Assembly (NCBI GenBank): GCA_019704295.1
Contig: AP024596.1
Coordinates: forward strand, 1,120,001-1,184,000
Origin: Sulfolobales archaeon HS-7
GTDB lineage: Archaea; Thermoproteota; Thermoprotei_A; Sulfolobales; Sulfolobaceae
Direction: 5' to 3'
DNA length: 64,000 bases
Shown here one piece after another: positions 9,915-19,726 of the stretch (positions within the stretch are counted from its first letter, which is position 1; the number at the start of each line of letters is the position of its first letter). The notes beneath the pieces were generated by a model that was not told where the DNA came from, did not search any database, and saw only the letters and a program-made list of their open reading frames with translations. A program made the translations under genes and the position numbers.

Positions 9915-11660
9915 TTAGTTGGAATTATCTCCTGACGCTAACTTTAGGACGGCTTGCTTACCCGCAATCGCCTCATATTCCTTCAAGGCCATTAGGAGTT
10001 CCGCATGGCTAAATCCCTGAGGAAAGTTACCTGTGAATAACTTATTTTCTGTATCATAATGTTCTCCGATCAATCCCAAGCTTCCAGAAGCCCTTATCAG
10101 ATTTGATAGTAGTTTCTCCGCCTTACTTAATTCACCTAATCTAAGGTAGATTCTAGCAAGAACACCTGATCCTAGAGTGAAAGGATGTTTTGCCTCTCCC
10201 ATAAAGTCCTTCCTATACCTCTTCACGAAACCGTCCACCACTAGGTCCTCCTCAATTTTATGCAAGGTTTTTATAAAGATGGGATCTCTGACATCAATAA
10301 AGCCGTATAGTGGTAGCATAGCTAATGCTATGTCCACCTCTTTGGAACCGGGATACCTAACTAAATATCCGTCATATACGCAATTGCTCAATATCCACTC
10401 TCTTATTTTAGTTCTTGCCTCACCCCACCTGTCTCGAATCCCTAGGCTGTCCAATATTCGGCCCGAAGAATCCAAGGCTATCCACATCATAGCCTTGGAG
10501 TGAGTGTAGTGTTTGGGTTCTCCTCTTTCCTCCCATAAACTCGCATCCTTCAATTCCCAAAAATTAGATACCCAGTCAGCAATATGTTCAAGCTGATCTG
10601 TGTACTCCCACATGTACACTTTATCCTGTGTGATCTCGTATAGTTTTCTTACGCTCCAGACGAAAAAACCCTCAATATCTAACTGGACTTGAGTAGACGC
10701 TGCATTACCTACCCTTACAGGTTGGGAATTCTTATACCCCGTTAACCAAGCTATTTCCTTCTCAGGAGGAGGTTCTCCCCCATCTACGGAATAAAGCGGG
10801 TGAAAAAACGGCTTTGCTGAGAAGTTAATTACACCAAAGAGAAAGCTTAATATTCTTCTCGCTTGAGGTATTTCTCCTATCTGTAAGAGGGCTTCCGCGA
10901 TAATTGATGCATCTCTTACCCAAACGAACCTATAATCCCAGTTCCTTTTCCCTCCTACGACTTCAGGTAGGGAAGTAGTTGGTGCCGCTATTACGCTTCC
11001 TGAGGGTCTGAAAATCAAACCATATATCGTACCTATTGAAGCGTCGATCAGCCTATTTCCTGTCGTGAGTTTGCTCCAGAATGAAACTGTCATATCAAAG
11101 GAGTTATCAACGTCAAGGCTACCTATCTTAATCCTTTTGCTTATCACGCCTAGCTCCTTTCCCGTAGAGTAGTTTAAGTAAAGCTTCACTTTTCCTTTGA
11201 CAATCCATTCATTTCTCCCCGTTCTCTTGTGCTGTCCGAAGAATACTACCGCTAAGCAATCATCTCCTAAGGGATTTACAAATCTGGCCCCGTCTCTAAC
11301 TTCAACTTCAATAGGCGTATATAACCCGTAATTGAACGTCGGACTTACGTTAATTTTAACTGGAAAATCTGTCTCGATCTGTCTTATTATCGAACTTTCG
11401 CCAAGTGGCATTACGTCGTTTATAGTTACTTTCCCGTCCATTGTCTTAATAACAGTTTGTAACACGTTAGGATAGATGTATTCCTGTACGACCTTCTCTG
11501 GGTTAACTTTTAATGATAAACTCCCTCCTCTTTCTCCATCAAGGAGTTTTGCAAATACTGGAAAACCATCAAATCTAGGCACAGTCCACCAAACTATGTC
11601 CCCCTTATCGTCAATGAGACACGCAGTGATCTGGTTAGATAAGAATGCCCAGAAATTCAT
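9915..11660 (-). CDS. Glycoside hydrolase family 15 (trehalase/glucoamylase-like)
   Basis: AAPTTSLPE..GGKRNWDYRFVWVRD, LWEER and GNFPQGFSH motifs. Confidence 0.92.
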   Translation of the reverse strand: MNFWAFLSNQITACLIDDKGDIVWWTVPRFDGFPVFAKLLDGERGGSLSLKVNPEKVVQEYIYPNVLQTVIKTMDGKVTINDVMPLGESSIIRQIETDFPVKINVSPTFNYGLYTPIEVEVRDGARFVNPLGDDCLAVVFFGQHKRTGRNEWIVKGKVKLYLNYSTGKELGVISKRIKIGSLDVDNSFDMTVSFWSKLTTGNRLIDASIGTIYGLIFRPSGSVIAAPTTSLPEVVGGKRNWDYRFVWVRDASIIAEALLQIGEIPQARRILSFLFGVINFSAKPFFHPLYSVDGGEPPPEKEIAWLTGYKNSQPVRVGNAASTQVQLDIEGFFVWSVRKLYEITQDKVYMWEYTDQLEHIADWVSNFWELKDASLWEERGEPKHYTHSKAMMWIALDSSGRILDSLGIRDRWGEARTKIREWILSNCVYDGYLVRYPGSKEVDIALAMLPLYGFIDVRDPIFIKTLHKIEEDLVVDGFVKRYRKDFMGEAKHPFTLGSGVLARIYLRLGELSKAEKLLSNLIRASGSLGLIGEHYDTENKLFTGNFPQGFSHAELLMALKEYEAIAGKQAVLKLASGDNSN

Positions 11661-12790
11661 CCACCTCGCATTCTCTTGGTAACCTCGCTTGCAACCTCCT
11701 TTTTCACCCTTTTTGTCGTCCCCTCATCCTTAAGTCTCTTGGTTGTCTCGACCGCATCCCTTAGTCTCTTCGTGGTCTCCTTCAACTCGATGTTTTTCGT
11801 CTTTTCGGCATACGCCTCCAGCTTACTCAAGGTCTTAGTTGACTCCTTATCATCAATCAGTTTATCCTGATACTCGTTTAAAAGCTCCATGTATTTGTAC
11901 TCTGCGATTATTTCCTGCTTTACGCCTGATATGAATTCCTCTATAGAAGCTGCTGGGTAAATATCTAGTTTAGCATCAATTCTTTCCCTATTACTATTAT
12001 CGGGCTCCTCGTAGGATACGGAAACCTTGACTATTTCCCCTGAGTAGTTGTCCGGAACAGTAATTTCACCGTATATCCTAACAAGTTTATCGATTCCACT
12101 TATTTTTACTGGCATTCCCGAATAGTTCAATATTTTCACCTGGAGTGGAGAGGTTACGTCTACGCTAACATCTTTGGCCGCTAAATCTGAAGGAGCGCTC
12201 CTTATCATTACTTCTGGAATAACGCTCGGATCGTTGAGATGGTACAGCACTCCGTTTGTTGCGTCTACTATTGCCTTTAAAATGTCCTCATTATAGTCAT
12301 CCCCTACTCCTATAGCAACTACCTGAGCATCAGAAGCTACCAAACTTCTGTATTTATCAACGTCAGGTTCATCTGTAGGCTTGCCGTCTGTAAGAATTAT
12401 GATCCTCGTAGGCATATTGTATTTATTGGCAACGGAGAACGCCGTATTAACAGCGGTATATAAAGGGGTGGGTCCCTCAGCCTTAATCTTCTTTATCCCC
12501 TCAATAGCGACTTGAGGTTCAACCCCTTCGACTATTGTCTCGACGTCTTTCGAAAACGATATAACCGTAACCTTATTAGATGATGGAATCTTCTTCAAAA
12601 TGTTCTCTGCGCTCTCTTTCGCTAGACCTATCTTCAATCCGTCCATAGAACCGCTGGAGTCTATAGCAAATACGTAATGATATCCCGTTACGCTTTTTGA
12701 TTGTTCTGGTACCAGGAGGCACTTGAAGTAATATTTAAAAGTCTTAAAGCTTTTCTTATGACTTCCCTCTAATCTCACACTTAGCGTCAA
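11657..12790 (-). CDS. arnB: vWA-domain protein, ArnB-like
   Basis: MIDAS DSSGSM, LTDG, IGVGDDYNE; Thr-rich helical C-terminus with repeated (E/G)TTKR; same operon as an FHA protein. Confidence 0.8.
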   Translation of the reverse strand: MTLSVRLEGSHKKSFKTFKYYFKCLLVPEQSKSVTGYHYVFAIDSSGSMDGLKIGLAKESAENILKKIPSSNKVTVISFSKDVETIVEGVEPQVAIEGIKKIKAEGPTPLYTAVNTAFSVANKYNMPTRIIILTDGKPTDEPDVDKYRSLVASDAQVVAIGVGDDYNEDILKAIVDATNGVLYHLNDPSVIPEVMIRSAPSDLAAKDVSVDVTSPLQVKILNYSGMPVKISGIDKLVRIYGEITVPDNYSGEIVKVSVSYEEPDNSNRERIDAKLDIYPAASIEEFISGVKQEIIAEYKYMELLNEYQDKLIDDKESTKTLSKLEAYAEKTKNIELKETTKRLRDAVETTKRLKDEGTTKRVKKEVASEVTKRMRGG

Positions 12791-13581
12791 TCTAAATACA
12801 CCTTTTCAATCTCTTCTTTATTAATTTTAAGAATTCCACTTCTTCCGTCGTGATACCTGCTCGAGAAAACCGTAACTATCCTTCCCTCCAAATCTTCTCT
12901 AAAGCCGTCTGCGACTTCATGTCCTCTGATTATACCCCTGAGTCCGTTTTCCCTCAGGAACTTCTCTGCCACATCTCTACCGAAATAGTAAGTTCCTTCC
13001 CCTCTCACGTTATCCAGAAATCCGTCTATCATATCTCGTGGATCGTTCCATAGTAACTGAAACGCTAAAGGATCTTCGGGTATGGGATCTGGATAAGGTA
13101 GCTCTGATATTTGTTCTACTTTTTCTAGACCCTTAGCGATTCCGCCATGTACCATGAAATAGTCGTTAACCACCGCAGCGTAAGGCAGTTTGCTGAATAC
13201 CATTTCAAATAACTCGTATTTGTCTTCACCGTACTTTTCCTTAACCTCATCGTAAAATCCGTAATACTCGTTCGTTAATCTACTCTCATGATTCCCCCTC
13301 AGAAGAATGATCTTGTCAGGGAATTGAATCATAGAGCTTAAGAGGAGGTATAGATTCTCTACTCCTGATTTTCCCCTGTCTACGTAATCCCCAAGGAATA
13401 CTATCTTATCTGCCCATTCTCCGTAGCTCTTTAACACGTGCTGTGTTACGTCGACTGCTGTGTGAGTATCTCCTACCACTACAACCTTCTCACACGAAAT
13501 TTTTCCTACAAAGGGTGAGTTAAGCATTTCATATGATTTCAAAAGGACTCTCTCTACATCGTCCCACTTGATCGTTTCCAT
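12787..13581 (-). CDS. Ser/Thr protein phosphatase (PPP family, PP2A-like)
   Basis: GDTH, GDYVDRG, LRGNHE, HGG, LLWNDP and RGHE motifs. Confidence 0.95.
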   Translation of the reverse strand: METIKWDDVERVLLKSYEMLNSPFVGKISCEKVVVVGDTHTAVDVTQHVLKSYGEWADKIVFLGDYVDRGKSGVENLYLLLSSMIQFPDKIILLRGNHESRLTNEYYGFYDEVKEKYGEDKYELFEMVFSKLPYAAVVNDYFMVHGGIAKGLEKVEQISELPYPDPIPEDPLAFQLLWNDPRDMIDGFLDNVRGEGTYYFGRDVAEKFLRENGLRGIIRGHEVADGFREDLEGRIVTVFSSRYHDGRSGILKINKEEIEKVYLD

Positions 13582-13585
13582 TTTA

Positions 13586-14182
13586 TCATTCTCTCACTAG
13601 CTTAACTATGGTGGAATTTCCGAGCTTTATTAGCGTGTTCACCTCTAGTTTAACCTTGTTTTTAACTTGTTGAAATACTTTACCATCGTAAACATAGGAA
13701 CCGTTAGTACTATTGAGGTCCTCAAACATAACGTTCTCTCCTTCCAAGGTAAGAACGGCATGCCTTCTCGAGACTTCAGAATCTGGTATGACTACCACAT
13801 TTTCAGGGCTTCGACCTAGCGAGATTTGCGGAAAGTCCTCAAAGTCCAGTGGAACTTTCTGCTTTAGGAGACTAGTGGCAGGGGTATTTACAAAAAGCAA
13901 GTAGAATTTACCTTGAGAGGTAGGTTGCTGCTGAACTTGTATAACCGGGTTATCTTGCTTCTGTACTTGCTGCTGAACGTCTCCTGGGTTTTGAGGAACA
14001 TTAGTGTTCTGTTCCATCCCCTCTTGATTTGGCGTTACCTGTGGTTGTACCTGTTCGGGAGTTTGAGTTTGCTGAATAGGAGTTTGTTGAACGGATACCG
14101 CATCTCTTAACGTTCCACAACTTATACACGCAGTATCCGCTTCGTCATTCTCATATCCACAAACTGTACATTTCCAAGTCAT
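13586..14182 (-). CDS. arnA: Zn-finger/FHA protein, ArnA-like
   Basis: WKCTVC...CISCG RanBP2-type finger, Gln-rich linker, FHA motifs GR, SRRH and DLNSTNG. Confidence 0.88.
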   Translation of the reverse strand: MTWKCTVCGYENDEADTACISCGTLRDAVSVQQTPIQQTQTPEQVQPQVTPNQEGMEQNTNVPQNPGDVQQQVQKQDNPVIQVQQQPTSQGKFYLLFVNTPATSLLKQKVPLDFEDFPQISLGRSPENVVVIPDSEVSRRHAVLTLEGENVMFEDLNSTNGSYVYDGKVFQQVKNKVKLEVNTLIKLGNSTIVKLVRE

Positions 14183-14299
14183 ACAAGTAATACCATTTAT
14201 CTGGAATATATATTAATGCTTTCCCGTGTAATACCAAGAAAGAACATAAATCCCAAATTTTCATGAAAGCTTATAGGGTATAAATGATATATACATAGT

Positions 14300-15142
14300 G
14301 TGTCTCTTATAGACATCTTGGCGATCCCTGCATTCCTAGCATCGTCCGAAGCAGTGTACCTAGGGGCAAAGGAGATAGATTCATCATTACTAGGTATGGC
14401 GTCTCTAATACCGGAAATAGCAATTATACTAAATTCTATGGTGATACATCAGGAAATCGTTGGACTCTCCTCATTATTAGGCAGCATTTTAATCCTCTAT
14501 ACACTCGCTTTTGGTGTAACTGGTTTAATATATTTAACAAAGGAAAAGAAGGGACTTAAGAGTCAAACTCCTACTGAGAAAAACTACATATTCCTATTAT
14601 CTATAGTAATGCTAATTATACTTCTCACTGGCTATATGAACTTCTTCTGGTCTGTTACTCTTGTTTTCCTATTTGTATCCTATCTGTGGATCAAAAGAAG
14701 CGTAATAAAAGTTCCCAAGGTGAAAACATTGCTTCTCCTTGTTAACGGAACCATAGTCTTATGGATTTTATCAGGTCCTATCGTGAAGGACATATTAGCT
14801 GTTTCCTCCTTTGTGGGCGTAAATCCCGTAATAATTGCGACAGTTACCTTGCCAATTATTTCTAACTACCAAGAGTTTATTATAGCCATAAGAATGGCCT
14901 ATAGAAAAAGGGCCAACGATGCCTTCGCAGCCTTAATGAGCGAAAATATTCAAGCAAGCACGTTACTACTCGCAATGATCGGAGTGTTATCACCCTTGAG
15001 ACTTTACTCATTATCTCCACTTTTTATAGCAGTTGCCATAGGGGGAATACTTGCATATTACTCAATGAATAATAGGATAACTTTGAAGACGTCCATGGTC
15101 TTTATTCTTATGTACTGTATAACGATGGTGCTCATCAGGTAA
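14300..15142 (+). CDS. Sodium/calcium exchanger-like membrane protein
   Basis: SLIPE...SSLLGS and SNYQE...SENI alpha-repeat-like motifs, about 9 TM segments. Confidence 0.6.
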   Translation: MSLIDILAIPAFLASSEAVYLGAKEIDSSLLGMASLIPEIAIILNSMVIHQEIVGLSSLLGSILILYTLAFGVTGLIYLTKEKKGLKSQTPTEKNYIFLLSIVMLIILLTGYMNFFWSVTLVFLFVSYLWIKRSVIKVPKVKTLLLLVNGTIVLWILSGPIVKDILAVSSFVGVNPVIIATVTLPIISNYQEFIIAIRMAYRKRANDAFAALMSENIQASTLLLAMIGVLSPLRLYSLSPLFIAVAIGGILAYYSMNNRITLKTSMVFILMYCITMVLIR

Positions 15143-15280
15143 CCCAGGACAATGTGAGCCCTGTGGATTAAAGTAGTTTTTCGATCGGCAGTATGGAAAA
15201 ACTCAACTCTGAGTCACACCCGATTAAAGGTAATCTGGTAAATACAGCTTTTCTTAGTACCTGTGAAACAGGTTATACGT

Positions 15281-15515
15281 GGGTTTCAATTTCATGATAT
15301 TTCATATCAATCCTCAGCCCTTAGGCTTTACAAAGCTATGGGCAGTGCCCCGTTCCTCCCCTTTAGCTGAGTGCTCCACATCTCTTCATAAATATGGGAA
15401 AAACCGCATATTTGTGTAGTACCATATCACCTTTTGGAAAGTTCATCCAAATCTAGTGGCGAGATTTATAAAATACGTTTTATATGATTAGTAAACTTCA
15501 TAATTCATCGGAAAC
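15281..15515 (-). mobile_element. tnpB-derived mini-element family A (left end, TATA, omegaRNA-like 3' end)
   Basis: Minus strand reads GTTTCCGATGAA...AAACGTATTTTATAAATCT...AAAGGTGA...CAGCTAAAGG...GGCTGAGGATT...CATGAAATT, collinear with 39350-39602. Confidence 0.7.
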
Positions 15516-15643
15516 TCGTGACGACTGCGGAGAAGCAGGGATTCTTGTCAGCAAGGGTAGAGTATTTCCAATGACTTGAGTTTAGCTATGTTTACCCTCA
15601 TGAAATTAATTAATCATTTAAATGCAAAATGTAATCTCTCTCG

Positions 15644-16756
15644 ATGGCATTCGCTCGTGAACTTATGGTTACCCCAAACTTAGTAGCGAGACCCGAACAA
15701 AAACTATCGGAAATCCTTCCTAAGATGAAGGAATTGAATGAATGGATAGTTCCCGTTGTTAAGAATAAAAGATTATACGGGACATTAAGCTATAAGGAGC
15801 TGTTAAGGAGAAGAATAGGGGATCAAGCTAAGGTTATCACGGTCATGACTCCCTCTACGACTCTAGAGGAATCTGACGAAGACGTAAAAATTCTCGCTAA
15901 GTTCTTTTCAACTAAAGCTAGGGCAATTCCAGTCGTGTCAAAAGGAAGGGAGTTCACCGGAGTTATTAGTAGGGAAATTCTATTATCCAAGTTTTTAGAG
16001 AAAATCCCAAATAGAAAAGTCAGGGAGTTCATGTCCTCTCCAGCAATAACGATTAATGCAGAGGATAGTGTCGCAAGGGCAAGATGGGTAATGGCATCTA
16101 ATGACATTACGAGACTCCCTGTACTTGAAAACGGTGAACTCGTGGGAATAATAGCCACGAGGGATATAATTAACAGACTGTATTTCTCCTCAACTAGAAA
16201 GAGGGCCGACATAATCACTGAAGAAGAACGGATTATGGCAGCGCCAGTAAAGGAGATCATGAATTATCCCGTAGTTACTACAAAGGGAGAGGAAAGCCTG
16301 AAGAAAGTGATATCTTTAATGCTAGAAAGAAGGATCAGTGGAATGCCTGTTGTAGAAGGAGGTATTATTGTTGGAGTAATTAGTACTATCGATGGAATAA
16401 GGGCAATTGCTGGAGAATTACAAATGACAATGCCCATTCAGGCAAAACTTACAGCCGAACTCAGAAGCGCAGATAAGAAAAGCATGATAGATGCGTTGGT
16501 AGAGAGGTATATAGCTAAAGTCGAGAGACTTACAGAGGTTCTCAACTTTAGGATATCATTTAAGAAAACTAGGGGCGAGGGCTTTAGAGTAAATGCTAGT
16601 GTATCTACGCGGATTGGCAATTTCGTAGCGTCTTCGGAGGATAAAGATCCTATAGTTGCAGTAAGATATGTTATGGAAAAACTAGAAAAGAGAGTAACTA
16701 AAGAGCTAAAATTATTAGACAGGAAGAGTAAACAGCAGAGTAAGGAAGAACCTTGA
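15644..16756 (+). CDS. CBS x4 plus C-terminal HPF/RaiA-like domain, probable ribosome hibernation factor (Hib/HibA type)
   Basis: Four CBS repeats (IVPVV, AIPVV, RLPVL, GMPVV), then ~100 aa with the beta-alpha-beta-beta-beta-alpha HPF pattern ending FVASSEDKDPIVAVRYVMEKLEKRV. Confidence 0.75.
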   Translation: MAFARELMVTPNLVARPEQKLSEILPKMKELNEWIVPVVKNKRLYGTLSYKELLRRRIGDQAKVITVMTPSTTLEESDEDVKILAKFFSTKARAIPVVSKGREFTGVISREILLSKFLEKIPNRKVREFMSSPAITINAEDSVARARWVMASNDITRLPVLENGELVGIIATRDIINRLYFSSTRKRADIITEEERIMAAPVKEIMNYPVVTTKGEESLKKVISLMLERRISGMPVVEGGIIVGVISTIDGIRAIAGELQMTMPIQAKLTAELRSADKKSMIDALVERYIAKVERLTEVLNFRISFKKTRGEGFRVNASVSTRIGNFVASSEDKDPIVAVRYVMEKLEKRVTKELKLLDRKSKQQSKEEP

Positions 16757-17478
16757 AGATAGGGGTTGTGCAAACCGATGCGGAAAACGCAATAAGCCTA
16801 ACTAAAGCAGCTCTAGATAAGGGAGCGCAGGTAGTACTTTTACCAGAAAAGTGGACGGAAAATATTGATAACGCTCAATTAAAATACTTTGAGGAACTGG
16901 CAAAAACTCAATCGGCTTATATAATACCTGGTGCCCTCGAGGACGGTATTTCTGTTGTGGCTCCAATAATATTCCCCGACGGAAGTCTAAGAGGGTTAGT
17001 AAAGAAAAACCACTTATTCAAAAACGAAACGGGAAGACTCATACCTGGGAATAAGGTTGGTATCTTTACCGTAGGAGGAGTAAAGATGGGAGTTGAGATC
17101 TGCTACGATCTGGATTTTCCAGAAGTCTCTAGGGAACTAGCAAAAAAGGGAGCAGAGATCATTCTTGTGCCGGCCAAGATAAGAAAAGACACACTCCACA
17201 TTTGGAGAAAATATATGGAAATACGAGCTTTAGAAAATAGAATTGCAATAGTAAGCGCTAATAATTTCACCCCCCCAGAATTTATGGGAGGTTCTACACT
17301 TGTTGTTCCTGTTAATAAAGGAGAATACGTAGAACCCGTTACTTATGAAATAATAGGGGAGAAGATAGGATTTACCATAGTAGAAATTGAAACCACCTCT
17401 TATTTAAAGGACAGGGTCGAGCGATTAAAGGAAATAAAAGAACCACCTGAAGTGGAAGTCCTTGATCCCATTTATTGA
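16753..17478 (+). CDS. Carbon-nitrogen hydrolase (nitrilase superfamily)
   Basis: LLPE, KNHLF and ICYDLDFPE catalytic E-K-C triad, RALEN. Confidence 0.92.
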   Translation: MKIGVVQTDAENAISLTKAALDKGAQVVLLPEKWTENIDNAQLKYFEELAKTQSAYIIPGALEDGISVVAPIIFPDGSLRGLVKKNHLFKNETGRLIPGNKVGIFTVGGVKMGVEICYDLDFPEVSRELAKKGAEIILVPAKIRKDTLHIWRKYMEIRALENRIAIVSANNFTPPEFMGGSTLVVPVNKGEYVEPVTYEIIGEKIGFTIVEIETTSYLKDRVERLKEIKEPPEVEVLDPIY

Positions 17479-17569
17479 GAGACTATCATAACCTTGTCCA
17501 CTAATTGAAAATCTTTCTGGGAGTATGAGGGGGTATCGAAGTGCAATAAATGTTATTTACTTTAACTTA

Positions 17570-17603
17570 GGGGGCGAAAGTCCGCTTGCGTGAGGATAGC
17601 CCC
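17570..17603 (+). mobile_element. Left-end fragment of the 9588-9895 IS605-type element
   Basis: GGGGGCGAAAGTCC...CGTGAGGATAGCCCC matches 9588-9632 with an internal deletion. Confidence 0.7.
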
Positions 17604-17604
17604 G

Positions 17605-17762
17605 GGCAATTCAGGTATCCATTACGAATTGTAAGTATGACAAATAGGGATTAAATATAGGAAATTGCAAGTGCGAATCATTACAGTCCATAGGACAGTA
17701 TTTAATTAAATTCATTCTATATTTCTAAATAAACCGAATTCGCAATGAACACGTCAACAGTC
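17605..17762. mobile_element. ~160-bp MITE with IS1-like TIRs, copy 2
   Basis: GGCAATTCAGGTATCCATTACGAATTGTAA ... AAATAAACCGAATTCGCAATGAACACG. Confidence 0.65.
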
Positions 17763-17793
17763 AGTGAAAAGTGGTACATATGTAAACGCTAAG

Positions 17794-18264
17794 TTAGCTA
17801 TAAGTTGCGATCTTTACATATATGTATCCGTCCTTTAGAAGTACAGTTATTTGAGTGTTATTCACATTTTCTTCTATAGGCAAAGAGGAGTAAGACTTAA
17901 TCGGAATCATTATTTGGTTAACTAGAATTACCGGATAAGGAAAAACCTCACGCGTACTATTTATTGTTAAGGCGGTGTCAGGAGGTACATAGGTTATGTT
18001 AAATTCCTCTTCGTTCATTATTATATTAATGGACTTGGATACATTGCAATTCTGTTTAGCCAGTAATGTAGAAAAGCTAGCACCAAGGGTTACTCCAGAG
18101 GGAGATGGTGCCATTAAAGGACTCTTCAGGATATGTGATGATAAGTTATAGTACGTTTCAACCCCCATTCCCATTATTATTAATATTATTGCAACTATAA
18201 CAATCGTTTGAGTCAGCGAGTTCATAATGTTAAATTGTAAAATTTCCTTATAACTCTTCTCCAT
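17794..18264 (-). CDS. N-terminally anchored secreted hypothetical protein
   Basis: Single hydrophobic segment near the N-terminus; Asn/Ser/Thr-rich remainder with several N-x-S/T sequons. Confidence 0.65.
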   Translation of the reverse strand: MEKSYKEILQFNIMNSLTQTIVIVAIILIIMGMGVETYYNLSSHILKSPLMAPSPSGVTLGASFSTLLAKQNCNVSKSINIIMNEEEFNITYVPPDTALTINSTREVFPYPVILVNQIMIPIKSYSSLPIEENVNNTQITVLLKDGYIYVKIATYS

Positions 18265-18631
18265 TTTTGTACTCTAGCTAATGGAGATGAGATGCTACTA
18301 AATCCTAAAGTACTGTATGAATCGACATGGTGATCTCTGGCCTTGGATCCCTTTGTTAGAATACGGGAGACTTTCGAAATTCAGATAAGTATTGTCATAC
18401 TTAGTCAGACATTATAGGGCAAGCGCTCATCCTCCCACCCAGAGAATGTGCTCGTTTTACACCAATAGTACTCTTGCCCTTAATTAGCTGATCAAGTATA
18501 ATACCGAGTTTAAAGAGTCGATCGCAGGCCGTATGGGAAAACTTTGAAGCCGTTATTCGATGCGATGATACGGAAGAGCGAAAGTTTCATAGTAATACTT
18601 ATATTCCCATAGTTAAAATAATAATAGTCTC

Positions 18632-19726
18632 ATGAAGGAGGAGGGCATTTTTGGAATTATTTCGGGTGTAATAAATAGGTACATAACCGGATATATGTCC
18701 CTCTACACTTACGAATCACTAGACGAGCCCTCCTCCGTAAACTCAACACTTTTATTGAGTCTCAACGATTCGATATTCTCTGTGACACCTGAAAATGTTA
18801 GCGAAAGCCTGACTGGAGTGGACGGGAGTAGTAGAAGCATCATAACGAGTAGCGGTGTAATCTCGGTCGCTGCAGTTGCAGTATCCTCTAATGCTAAGCC
18901 AATCTTAGGAACATATCCTTCAACGTCAGGTAAATCCCTCGACCTAAGTTCCCCTTTCATTGCAATAGCTCCTTCAATTAACGGCAAAAAGAATACCCTA
19001 GATCCCTACATCTACTCCAGGAATGAGATAATGACCATATCGCTTTCTGGTGAGCCTCTAACTGCATCCATGGGACCGGAACAAGTAGAAGCAGAACTCA
19101 GAACCTACCTAGAAACCCAGGCTCTCCTAAAGTTCAGGCAAGGAAAAACCCTTATTGACGGTCCGCTCTTCCCCTCGTTAAAGGGGTTAAAGGAGGAAGC
19201 TCGGGACGCAATTATCAAGGTTAGAAGGGAGTCGGTTTCAGAAAACGTCTTCGGCGTGGTTAAGAGGTTGTCAAACTCGACAGTCCTCAAAACTGCCCTA
19301 TCTGGTGAATCGAAAAAGGAGTTCTTAAATCGATTTAAATTCGATCCCTCATCGCTGGTGTCAGATGAGGCCGTCCTCGACGGAATATCAAGGTACATAA
19401 TGAGACCCCCCTACACAGCTTGGGCTATAGGACCGATCTACGTAAAGAGAGATAACGTGAATTTCTACTCCTATTACCTTATAGTTCCCAGTCATAAGTT
19501 CGTAAGGAAGATGAACTTCCTTCGCATTGACCTTTTGAGACCGGAACCTCAGATCCTGGGAAAAATCTTATATGAAGGAATGAGCCCTGACGGTGTCCCG
19601 TTAACTATTGCCTATGCCGATAGAGCAGTTAAGGAGGTAACTTCTGGAATACATAAACTCCTGTTCTTCAGGCTCAGCTCGAACGGAACCCAAATAAGTT
19701 TCGAAAGTAAACTGGAGATGACTTAA
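18632..19726 (+). CDS. NurA-domain nuclease (paralogue)
   Basis: GVDGS, LE, LIDGPL, GVVKR and G(V)PLTIAYAD NurA motifs. Confidence 0.85.
   Translation: MKEEGIFGIISGVINRYITGYMSLYTYESLDEPSSVNSTLLLSLNDSIFSVTPENVSESLTGVDGSSRSIITSSGVISVAAVAVSSNAKPILGTYPSTSGKSLDLSSPFIAIAPSINGKKNTLDPYIYSRNEIMTISLSGEPLTASMGPEQVEAELRTYLETQALLKFRQGKTLIDGPLFPSLKGLKEEARDAIIKVRRESVSENVFGVVKRLSNSTVLKTALSGESKKEFLNRFKFDPSSLVSDEAVLDGISRYIMRPPYTAWAIGPIYVKRDNVNFYSYYLIVPSHKFVRKMNFLRIDLLRPEPQILGKILYEGMSPDGVPLTIAYADRAVKEVTSGIHKLLFFRLSSNGTQISFESKLEMT

Noticed and set aside
9671-10012. ORFs 9671-9898 (-) and 9791-10012 (+)
   Set aside because: They fall in the non-coding IS605 mini-element or antisense to GH15 and have no protein motifs.
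17794-18264. Type IV pilin call
   Set aside because: No basic K/R-G/A residues before the hydrophobic helix, so no class III signal peptide is supported.
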